A stretch of DNA of 63,621 nucleotides, filler included, from Octopus bimaculoides (lineage: Eukaryota): NCBI RefSeq assembly GCF_001194135.2. It is 7 parts of 6 records of this genome, joined end to end, with 100 filler letters (N's around TTAATTAATTAA, not from the genome) between each part and the next. Parts side by side here need not be neighbours in the genome. Positions count along the whole stretch, not along the records: positions 47,048 to 54,807 come from NC_068981.1; positions 54,908 to 56,535 come from NC_068999.1; positions 56,636 to 60,932 come from NW_026334158.1; 4 more parts are not named here. One strand, 5' to 3'. A program made the translations under genes and the position numbers. Below, in pieces: positions 49,734 through 60,930 of this stretch (position 1 is the stretch's first letter; each line of letters begins with the position of its first letter). The notes beneath the pieces are model-generated. The model was given only the letters and a program-made list of their open reading frames with translations, had not been told where the DNA came from and searched no databases.

Positions 49734-50917
49734 TTATATATATATATATATTATGTAAGGTATAAGTTAGAGGAGTTTAAACCCTCTAAAGGATAGATGT
49801 GTCCAAAGGCACTCCTGGTAATTACCTCAGTAAGTATGGTTCTTGGTATAAGGTATACGGCAGCAGGTAATTAAAAAAGTAAACTGTAGATAAATGTCTA
49901 TATAGACGATAAGATAATGGAGGAAACACAACAATGAGAAGTGTGTCTTTGGTGCTAAAAAGCCATTATTTAATTAGTCAACTAATTAAGTCACATGTGA
50001 GCAGAGAGGGAGGAAGTGGAACAAGGTGGGCGACAAGAGACAGGGGAAGGAGAATATATATATATATATATANNNNNNNNNNNNNNNNNNNNNNNNNNNN
50101 NNNNNNNNNNNNNNNNNNNNNNNNNNNNNNNNNNNNNNNNNNNNNNNNNNNNNNNNNNNNNNNNNNNNNNNNNNNNNNNNNNNNNNNNNNNNNNNNNNNN
50201 NNNNNNNNNNNNNNNNNNNNNNNNNNNNNNNNNNNNNNNNNNNNNNNNNNNNNNNNNNNNNNNNNNNNNNNNNNNNNNNNNNNNNNNNNNNNNNNNNNNN
50301 NNNNNNNNNNNNNNNNNNNNNNNNNNNNNNNNNNNNNNNNNNNNNNNNNNNNNNNNNNNNNNNNNNNNNNNNNNNNNNNNNNNNNNNNNNNNNNNNNNNN
50401 NNNNNNNNNNNNNNNNNNNNNNNNNNNNNNNNNNNNNNNNNNNNNNNNNNNNNNNNNNNNNNNNNNNNNNNNNNNNNNNNNNNNNNNNNNNNNNNNNNNN
50501 NNNNNNNNNNNNNNNNNNNNNNNNNNNNNNNNNNNNNNNNNNNNNNNNNNNNNNNNNNNNNNNNNNNNNNNNNNNNNNNNNNNNNNNNNNNNNNNNNNNN
50601 NNNNNNNNNNNNNNNNNNNNNNNNNNNNNNNNNNNNNNNNNNNNNNNNNNNNNNNNNNNNNNNNNNNNNNNNNNNNNNNNNNNNNNNNNNNNNNNNNNNN
50701 NNNNNNNNNNNNNNNNNNNNNNNNNNNNNNNNNNNNNNNNNNNNNNNNNNNNNNNNNNNNNNNNNNNNNNNNNNNNNNNNNNNNNNNNNNNNNNNNNNNN
50801 NNNNNNNNNNNNNNNNNNNNNNNNNNNNNNNNNNNNNNNNNNNNNNNNNNNNNNNNNNNNNNNNNNNNNNNNNNNNNNNNNNNNNNNNNNNNNNNNNNNN
50901 NNNNNNNNNNNNNNNGC

Positions 50918-51648
50918 ATGATGAAGGCAATTGGCACAACAGGGCAACAAAGCCACCATACAGTCTCTGATGGATGAGCAGGGGCACAAATTTCTCGAGC
51001 CTAGTAAAATGTGTGAGGCCTCTCAGCAGCACTTTGCCCGACTTTTCGGGACAAGTGGCGAGCGAGAACGCAGGGTGGACTTCAGTGCCTACCTGCATAG
51101 CCTGCCACGACTCTCGGCAAGAGAGGCAGAGAGTTGCGAAAGTGATATCGCAGTGGCGGACGTGCGGGACGCGATGGCAGAGTGTGCGAGGGATAAATCG
51201 CCAGGTTTGGATGGTCTACCCTACGAGCTTTACAGTTGTATGCCAGACTTGTTTGGAGACTGGCAGCAAAACGGGAGCATCCCCGGTTTTGTGAGCCAAG
51301 GAACAGTAACGCTGCTACAGAGAGATCCAAACAAGGAGAACGTAATAGATAACTTTAGGCCAATCACTCTACTCAATGCAAACATGAAAATTTTGACCAA
51401 GGTGCTAGCCAAGAAGTTGACAGTTGTCATCGAGAAATTGGTCGACAAGGCGCAAACATGCGCCGTGCCGGGCCGGAGCATCCCTGAGAATCACCACCTC
51501 ATACGCTACATTATAAACAGGGTAGTTAAGGAACCTGGCATGGGTCGGGCACTGATCAATTTGGATCAATCCAAAGCTTTCGATAGAGTAGACCATCGAT
51601 ACTTGGAGGTTGTCTTCATAGCGGCTGGTTTCGGTCCCGTTTTCCGCA
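50918..51648 (+). mobile_element. Tx1/L1-clade LINE ORF2 RT fragment
   Basis: KSPGLDGLPYELY, FRPITLLNANMKILTKVL, QTCAVPGRSI, ALINLDQSKAFDRVDHRYL. Confidence 0.92.
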
Positions 51649-52984
51649 GAGTTTTGTTTAATCTTCATCAATCTACTTAACAGAGTAAAGAACAAAAATA
51701 CTTTTTGCAAATTAACTAACTTTTTGCAAATTAACTAACTTCAAAAATAGTGTCTCTTTACTCAATACAGGGTGTAGTATATTTCACGATACCACATAGA
51801 ATTCCCCGATTTCTGGAAATTCCGGATTTCTGAAGGCTGCATGAGAGGTCTGATAATGTATTTTATATCGTCCATTTGTACTCTTAATTCATATCACGCC
51901 AGTGTCAAATTTGGATTTCATATCTCTATTGTCAGTAAAATTAGCCGTAGTAATATGCCAAAATCGATCTTACTGGTTCCGTCATCCACTCACTACCACA
52001 AAAAAATATAAAATAATAATAACCAAGCTTAGTTCATAAAGAAGTAATTCATAAATTATTAATAAAATGACTCTTTGTAATGAGGTCACGTGGCATAAAT
52101 TTGAGTGTAAGAGAGATGACTTCAAACTACTCAATTACATTTTTTTATCTTCTGAACTGCGATTCTTCAAATTAACGTTGCTACTCAATTTAGCAGAATC
52201 GATATAATAATTGCCTACAAATAGCAAAACGCAATGCATATAATCGCATATTCCTCCGATTTCGTCCAGGAAAAAAAAACAAAAAACAACATAAATACCA
52301 ACATATTATTTTCACAAAGTTGTTGACGCCAGGGTAGATGTTTTGTTTAATAAATATGCATATGGTGTCATATTGATATGTCTAATCAAAATATATCTAA
52401 ATTCTGTGTGAATATGTGACCTATGGTTAAGCTATAGAGAAACTCCTTCCAAGCATTCCAATACATACATAAAAACATACATACATACATACATACATAC
52501 ATACATACATCAATGGAACTGTAAAGATATGTAAAACTTTCCAAAAATTTAGCACATAAATACATATGCATGCATCTAGACATAAAAACGCATCCATTAA
52601 ACAAACATACAAATCTGCGCATACACTAACACCAAATACGGCACACACACACACATATGCACAAATACCTAGATGATGTTGATGAAAGTTCCAATGAAGG
52701 AGCCTTGAATCTATGTTAGAGTCCGGCTCTTTCTCTATGGACAAGAAATACAGAAATGAAACTGATTGATAATATACATACGTACGTACATACATATGTA
52801 CGTACGTACATACATATGTACGTACGTACATATATAAATGTATAGAGTAATATACATTAGATAAATAGAAATTCATTCTGTGTCTATATAGCAGCGATGA
52901 ATATTCTCAATGTGTGCATGCGCGTGCGTGCGCATGCGCGCGTGTGTATTTGCACATATATGTATACATGTATACTCTTTTACA

Positions 52985-53180
52985 CTTTTCAGTCATTTCA
53001 CCGAGGCGATGCTGGAGCACCTCCTTTTGTCGAAGAAACGGATCCTAAGACTTATTCTTTGTAAGCCCAGTACTTATTCTGGCATTCTCATTTGCCGAAC
53101 CGCTAAGTTACGGGACATAAACACACCGACGTCGGTTGTGAAACGATGGTGGAGGGACAAACAAACACAGACACAAAGAT
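52985..53180 (+). mobile_element. SINE family B copy
   Basis: TTCAGTCATTTCACCGAGGCGATGCTGGAGCACC...CCGAACCGCTAAGTTACGGGACATAAACACACC. Confidence 0.7.
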
Positions 53181-53206
53181 ACACACACATAAGTATATAT
53201 ATATAT

Positions 53207-53262
<56 letters not shown>

Positions 53263-53314
53263 NNNNNNNNNNAACAGACGAGGACAGGTGGTGTAAATAA
53301 CAAAAGGATGTACA

Positions 53315-53479
53315 CACGACATGCTTTTCTTTCAGTTTTCGTCTACCAAATCCACTCACAAGGCTTTGTTCGGCCCGAGGCTATAGTAGAAGACACTTGC
53401 CCAAAGTGGCACGCAGTGGAACCATACCTGGAATCATGTGGTTGGGAAGCAAGCTTCTTGCCACACAGCCACGCCTCCT

Positions 53480-53480
<1 letters not shown>
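53315..53480 (-). mobile_element. tRNA-headed SINE family E
   Basis: Reverse complement GGCGTGGCTGTGTGGCAAGAAGCTTGCTTCCCAACCACATG; homologous to 39485-39640. Confidence 0.7.
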
Positions 53481-53517
<37 letters not shown>

Positions 53518-53630
53518 CTATATATATCTNNNNNNNNNNNNNNNNNNNNNNNNNNNNNNNNNNNNNNNNNNNNNNNNNNNNNNNNNNNNNNNNNNNNNNN
53601 NNNNNNNNNNNNNNNNNNNNNNNNNNNNNT

Positions 53631-53943
53631 TTTACAGTTCCAGTGATAGATTGGATCCGTAGTCTTCGAATTAGCTTTCTCGTATCTTGTTTTGAGTAGC
53701 CTAATTTCTCAACATTGGTACTTAGGCAGCGTGTTACATATCCCAGTGCCCCAATAATTACAGGTATAAACCTGAACTTGTAATCTGGATAGAGTAATTG
53801 CAGATTTCTCACTAGTTCAGCGTAGGCATTCTGTTTGTCACTGATCTTCAGCTTTATGTTAACATCCGCTGGGCAGCTAATTTCCACAACCATACAGTTT
53901 CTCTTCTCTATCCAAAATCATTACAACGGGTCTGTTGCGCTTA
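53631..53943 (-). mobile_element. RLE-encoding (R4/NeSL-like) non-LTR retrotransposon C-terminal fragment
   Basis: NRPVVMILDREEK / VVEISCPADVNI..KQNAYAEL...IPVIIGALG pattern of a restriction-like endonuclease domain. Confidence 0.75.
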
Positions 53944-54083
53944 CATGTATGTATGTATGTATGTATGTATGTATGTATGTATGTATGTATGTATGTATGT
54001 ACGTACGTATGTATGTATGTATGTATGTATGTATGTATGTATGTATGTATGTATGTATGTATACACCTGCATACATACATACA

Positions 54084-54117
<34 letters not shown>

Positions 54118-54120
54118 CAT
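53942..54120. repeat. (TATG)n followed by inverted (CATA)n
   Basis: Directly visible. Confidence 0.9.
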
Positions 54121-54510
54121 AATTGTAGGTGTTCTTATGAGTACTAAAGGAAAGTAAAATTTCCAATGCAGGCTAATCATGTATGTTTACGGTAGTTAAT
54201 ATAATTATGGATATTTAACTAACAATTCAATGTATGCAGATAAATATTCTCCGAAGCGTATGGACATATTTGTACATACTGATGGCAAAGATACATGCAC
54301 AGACACACAAATATAAACACACACGCGCATGCACACACAAACACACACACGCGCGCGCAATCCAAATAGTAAGAAGACAAAGAAATTCTTTAACACATCT
54401 TTAATAATTCGTTACAATTGTTTCCGTGCCAACTCTGTTTACAATGCTAATTTGTGCAAAAGTTCGAAGTGAAAATTTGCGTAATGTTTGAAGTTTTAGA
54501 CCTCATAAAG

Positions 54511-54555
<45 letters not shown>

Positions 54556-54556
54556 C

Positions 54557-54617
<61 letters not shown>

Positions 54618-54622
<5 letters not shown>

Positions 54623-54807
54623 AGTGCCTACCTGCACAGCCTGCCACGACTCTCGACAAGAGAGGCGGAGTGCTGCGAAGGTGCCATCACGGCGGCGGAA
54701 GTGAGGGACGCGATGGCGGGATGCTCGAGGGACAAATCTCCGGGTTTGGATGGTCTGCCCTACGAGCTTTACAACTGTAAGCCAGACTTGTTTGGAGACG
54801 TCTTGGT
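54618..54807 (+). mobile_element. Tx1/L1 LINE fragment, same family as 50918
   Basis: SAYLHSLPRLSTREAECCEG...DKSPGLDGLPYELYNCKPDLFGD. Confidence 0.88.
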
Positions 54808-54907
54808 NNNNNNNNNNNNNNNNNNNNNNNNNNNNNNNNNNNNNNNNNNNNTTAATTAATTAANNNNNNNNNNNNNNNNNNNNNNNNNNNNNNNNNNNNN
54901 NNNNNNN

Positions 54908-55133
54908 GCATCATCAACCACGGCATGCCCAGTCCTCCTTTTAACGGGTGTTGGCAGCAAACGGATCGCCTAACCATCGGAACGCTTCCTTTCCACAAGA
55001 AGCGGAAGAGGATGCGCTCCAGTTTGGTGATGGTAGGGTCGGGACAAGGAACGACGGTCAGGCGGTAGTAGATGACGGACGCGATGTACGTGTTCGCCAC
55101 CTCCGCCCGACCTTTCAGGGAAAGCTTCCTCTC
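54908..55133 (-). mobile_element. Tx1/L1 LINE C-terminal fragment
   Basis: ERKLSLKGRAEVANTYIASVIYYRLTVVPCP...LFRFLWKGSVPMVRRSVCCQHPLKGGLGMPWLMM. Confidence 0.88.
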
Positions 55134-55163
55134 AGATAGATAGATAGATAGATAGATACATAA

Positions 55164-55229
<66 letters not shown>

Positions 55230-56500
55230 TGATAGATTTAATTAGATACCTATGTATGTACGTTGAAAAGTTCAATGAATTTGGTCTACTTTCACAAAAT
55301 CTTTATTATTTGGAAGAAGAAAACTAAACTAATCGTGGCTTGCGGACAGGACATTCCGACGCGATGTCTCGAACAGCGTGTCATCAGGGGGAAGATGTTG
55401 AGGGAATAAGAATAAGAGAGAAAGTTGTTTTCTGCATGCCAGAGCGACTGGCTGCAGCTAATTGAACTCAAAAAGGAACGGGAGGGTGCATAAGTGCATA
55501 GGTGTGAGATAATTAAAAGGAGAGCGAAACTAGATAAGGTGGGAGAAGAAAAGTGTTTGAAATATAGGAAGGGAAGCTAGCACAGCAAATATAAAAGGAA
55601 AAATAAAACAGAGAAGAGATCTAAAAGATGAAGCTATGACTTCTGCATTAGAAGTGGTTAAAGGAGTAGATATAAAGGAGTAGATATAAAAGCAGTCGTT
55701 TAAACGCGTCGTTGTCATGGTTCCACGTTTGAATAGGAAACTGTATGCTGTTCATTGTTTTCCTTGATAATGAAGAACCATTAAGTGCGGGGATAAATTG
55801 ATACAGAATGTCTCTTAATTTCAAAAGGTACTACTTTAACGTTCGTAGTTGTGCTCCAGATATTTGGCTGCGTGTAAATCTGTATCTTACGGCTGTTTAT
55901 GGTTGTAAAGTTGTTCATGTAGAGACAGAAGTTGAAGCTCTGATGGGCACATAATACTGATTTGATGTGTGACGGCTTGCGCTATGAATCTTCTAATCAA
56001 GACCTCGTTACTAACTTTTCTGAAGTTGGGTTAAAGTGATGCGTCGAACATGTGAGCGGTTGGCGGGTCAGAAATTAGTATTTGGAAAATGAGAACGACT
56101 ACGCATTTCTATACGAGAAAAGACGGGTACAACGTGATAGGTAAAGGACCTATGTCTGTAGGTCTATTTAAAAAAAAGCGAAAGGTCCATGGCATAATAG
56201 TCATCCCTGACACAGATGAGGGAAGGATTTACATCCGACCGAGGTGACCCTCAATTAAGAAATAAATCATACACTCTGCTTTACACACACACACACACAC
56301 ACACATATATAGACACACATTCACACATACACACACGCAAATAGATGATATATATATATATGAGCGTGTGCATAAAATAGAATGTATCATATATTTGTTT
56401 GGATATGGACATATTTGAAAATGCGCAATACATATGCACGGATATGTGTGTGATGTGCACATGTATGCATGTGTAAGGGTTTTATGTGTATATATGTATG

Positions 56501-56535
<35 letters not shown>

Positions 56536-56635
56536 NNNNNNNNNNNNNNNNNNNNNNNNNNNNNNNNNNNNNNNNNNNNTTAATTAATTAANNNNNNNNN
56601 NNNNNNNNNNNNNNNNNNNNNNNNNNNNNNNNNNN

Positions 56636-56677
<42 letters not shown>

Positions 56678-57012
56678 TGGATTCATTTTCTTGTCTTAGT
56701 CATAAAGTGCAGCCATGCTGTGACACCACACACACACACACACACACATATCTATGTACATATACATGCATACACATATATATATATATGCATATACACC
56801 CATACAGATATACATATTCTGTTGTGTCTGGGGAGAGTCATTTTCTTTTTGTGCCTTATAATTTAACACGCTCACCGGTAAAATTTCCACTAATTTCTTA
56901 TTTTTATTTTCCTAAAATTTTCGTTGCGTCTTGCAACCTTTTCAATAGTCTTGACTCTGTCCGTTATTTACACTGCGTTCCTTTTTGTTTGTTTGTGCGC
57001 ATGTGTGTGGGT

Positions 57013-57054
<42 letters not shown>

Positions 57055-57311
57055 CTATGCATGCATGCAGTTATAATTGGTGCATATGGTACTCTCAAAG
57101 AGGTACGTCCTACATAGCGGTGATGCATGTTTGTGTATGTATGTGTACGTATGTATATGTGTGTGTATGCATATGTATATATGTATGTGTGTGTGTGTGC
57201 ACCTGTATGTATGTATTCTGCATATTCATGTGTTTGCTTGTCAGTGTTTTTTATGTATGTGTGTGTGTGCGTCTGTTTGTATATGAATGCACCTCTCTCC
57301 TTTTGTGTGCA

Positions 57312-57401
<90 letters not shown>

Positions 57402-57436
57402 GCAACTATGTACCATGTTTGTATGTATGGATGTGC

Positions 57437-57515
57437 GTCTCCATATGTGTGGTCACGTGTCTCCATATGTGTGGTCACGTGTCTCCATATGTGTGGTCAC
57501 GTGTCTCCATATGTG
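57437..57515. repeat. Minisatellite, ~3.6 x 22 bp (GTCTCCATATGTGTGGTCACGT)
   Basis: Perfect units at 57437, 57459, 57481 and a partial unit at 57503. Confidence 0.95.
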
Positions 57516-57802
57516 CCCTTGTGTGAAGTAAAGTGTGTGTGTGTGTATGGTCATGTGTTTCAGTCTCCATTTGCGTATGTGTGCTTGTCTGTTCATATAA
57601 CCTATGTACCTACCCGTCTGTATGTTGATCTGTTTATTTTCATATCCATGTGCTTACATACATGTGCATATACACATATATACATACACCCACATATACA
57701 TACACATACATCTATCTACATAACAGCCCACTAACTATTCTACTCTACCTGTGTAAACTGTGAGTATGGGGGTATGATATCTACTTAGTATATTTCCTAT
57801 TT

Positions 57803-58080
57803 GTGGAGGCGCAATGGACCAGTGGTTAGGGCAGCGGACTCGCGGTCGGAGGATCGCGGTTTCGATTCCCAGAACGGGCGTTGTGTGTGTTTATTGAGCG
57901 AAAACATCTAAAGCTCCACGAGGATCCGGCAGGAGGTGGTGGTGACCGCTGTTGTACTCTTTCACCGCAACTTTCTCTCACTCATTCTTCCTGTTTCTTG
58001 GAGAGGAACACATACGCCATAGAAACCGGAAAACCGGGCCCATGAGCCTGGCTAGGCTTTAAAAGGGCGCATAAAAAAAA
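57803..58080 (+). mobile_element. SINE family C copy lacking the V-like segment
   Basis: Head and 3' end match 22455-22790; the GATGGACTGGCGTCC block is absent; A-rich tail. Confidence 0.8.
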
Positions 58081-58094
58081 ATATTTCCTATTTA

Positions 58095-59330
58095 GTATTG
58101 GGGAAGTTTCATTTATAAGGACGTACTTCCGTATTTGTCTGAGTGTTGGGTCTTTTGGGTGCTTGGATAAGATGTGGATGTCAAGTTGACCCAGGTTGCC
58201 TCCATGTTGGTCTTTGGCTGGTTGGTAGAGTATGGAGGACTGTTTTTGTCATCATATTGTCTCAGATGTTCATTTAGTCGTTCCACAATGCTCCTAGATA
58301 TCTCCTCTATGTACGTCATGTTCATGTCCTTACAAGCACCTTCTATGCATCTTATGCTGTAAACTACATTTCGAGTTCTACAGTTAATGCCAGGGCTAAT
58401 CCTACATACCATGCAGTTATCATTGGTGCATATGGNNNNNNNNNNNNNNNNNNNNNNNNNNNNNNNNNNNNNNNNNNNNNNNNNNNNNNNNNNNNNNNNN
58501 NNNNNNNNNNNNNNNNNNNNNNNNNNNNNNNNNNNNNNNNNNNNNNNNNNNNNNNNNNNNNNNNNNNNNNNNNNNNNNNNNNNNNNNNNNNNNNNNNNNN
58601 NNNNNNNNNNNNNNNNNNNNNNNNNNNNNNNNNNNNNNNNNNNNNNNNNNNNNNNNNNNNNNNNNNNNNNNNNNNNNNNNNNNNNNNNNNNNNNNNNNNN
58701 NNNNNNNNNNNNNNNNNNNNNNNNNNNNNNNNNNNNNNNNNNNNNNNNNNNNNNNNNNNNNNNNNNNNNNNNNNNNNNNNNNNNNNNNNNNNNNNNNNNN
58801 NNNNNNNNNNNNNNNNNNNNNNNNNNNNNNNNNNNNNNNNNNNNNNNNNNNNNNNNNNNNNNNNNNNNNNNNNNNNNNNNNNNNNNNNNNNNNNNNNNNN
58901 NNNNNNNNNNNNNNNNNNNNNTCGTTTCATAGGGCCTGCATAGTGGGGACACAGTATTCATTATCCTAACTAAGTTTGCTATCAGTATGTTAATTTTCAT
59001 GTTGTGTGACAAAGCTGAGTTCTAGTGTACAACATATTTTGAAGTTATGGGTTTCATGTAATAGGAGGGGTTGCACTCTATTGTTTACAGTCTCTAACCA
59101 AAATTCAGTATCAAGTACAGGGAGTCTATTGTTGGGGTGCTTAGTGGGTTAATTTATAGTTACTTTGATACTTTGGTGGATGGAGTTAGCTATTTGCTGG
59201 ATGCTCTCCATTACGTTCTTCTCAGTTTCTACATTATCGTCACTAGAGTTGGTCCTAACTATGATATTAATGTCATCTACATATCTACTGTAGAGTAGAA
59301 GAGTTGCGGACTGTCCTGCTAACATTTGCT
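58095..59330 (-). mobile_element. Penelope-like element RT and GIY-YIG fragments spanning a gap
   Basis: RYVDDINI, RLPVLDTEFW, CMVC...CRTRNVVYSIRC, YIEEISRSIVERLNEH. Confidence 0.8.
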
Positions 59331-59895
59331 TAAGTTTTCTGTCTCATCAGGTCATGAAGAGGCCGGCCACATCTCCAGCTACACCGACACCGATGGCTGC
59401 ACCTTGAACCTGCATGTACACACACACTGTAGTCACCCCAGTACCTTTTTTGAAGTCTGTATGCATTATAGAGATTAGTAAGAAAAAATATATAAAGCCT
59501 AACATTTTAAAGAGACAGGGTATTAAAATTTGAGGTAGGGGAGAGATAAAGATAACTTCAAATTGGAAGCAATAGGTATGGGAGTAGTGTGGGCATTTTG
59601 AGGTATTTAGACCAAAATTGTAAAGTTATCGGTGTTATTACATACATGATATTATAATTTCCCAGGGTTACATAATTAGGAGGTCTACTTACATAAAGGC
59701 CATTATAAAAATACATAATATGATCAGTAGGGTAGAACACCAAAGAAAGTAATAAATAGTTTAATCACTAAAACTATGATGAAATCAGACTAACTAGGCA
59801 AGAATATTTATAGGATAGTAACTACATGTAGCACACTAACTTGCTATACTATATAGCTTATAATATATGCAATGTACTTTCATTCATCATATAAC

Positions 59896-59939
<44 letters not shown>

Positions 59940-59974
59940 CAAATGATATATGAGCATATGCATGTATACATACA

Positions 59975-60930
59975 TATATGTACATACCTACATCTACATG
60001 TATATATAGATGCATATCCGGGTACAGGACGTCAAAAAGGAACGGGAACATAAAGTACAAAAAAAAATGGACATTTTACAGACAACAGAATGAACACACA
60101 GGAAAACAGACGAGCCACTTATGGAACTTTTCCTTCATCAACTGCCTCTATTCTAAATTAGGCGTTTCGAAGATGAGGCAGAACGCGCTCTTAGAATAGC
60201 TCTTCCCACTTAGTGGATTAATAATACAAAATGGGACAAGAACGCAAAACAACCAGACAGTTAGGTGATACAAGAAAGGGACAACAAAACATCCTGATAG
60301 ACGATAGAAAGAAGAGAAGGACAGGCCATTCGGAGTTTTCTTTCATCAGACGAGTTACAGATTATCTTTGCAATTTCGGCTGGTTATACTCGAGATTGCT
60401 CCAATCTGGCCAGCTCCAAGGAAAAACTGAGCTAAGAGCATCAGATTCCTTGGAAGAAAGCAGCAAATGTATACAAAAACAAGAACGAGAAAAAAAAGAA
60501 CAATCTTACACAAATACAATGAAGATAATAACAGGACATAACAACAGGTGTCTTTCCACTAAGAACGAATTAAATTAAGCTGGCGTGTGTAGAAATAAAG
60601 CCTTACGGCAGGGATATAAAGTTTCACAGGCACAAGGAGGAATATCGATGTTGCACGCAAACGGCCGGCCAAGAAAGAAAGATCATGCCTGGCCGAACGC
60701 CGATCACGTGGGAAGAGAAGAGAGAGAGAGGTAGAGGCAGAGGGACAAAAGAATTAAGGAGGGGCGAGAAAAAATGACAGGGACACAATGAAGTAAAAAG
60801 TGGAGGAAAAGTGAGCAAGAAGAGAAAGCAATGAAATGTGAGCGAGGGGGAACGTAAGAACGAAGAGTGGAATGAACGAATGAAGGTGAAAGGGCTGATA
60901 GACAGAAATAGAGTCGTACAAGATTTAGAA
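59975..60930 (-). repeat. Interspersed repeat with degenerate hammerhead-like cores; partial copy at 42655-42830 (+)
   Basis: CTTCGAAACGCC...GGCAG(C/T)TGATGAAGG...GTGGC and GACGTC.TGTACCC.GATATG blocks shared between the two loci. Confidence 0.55.
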
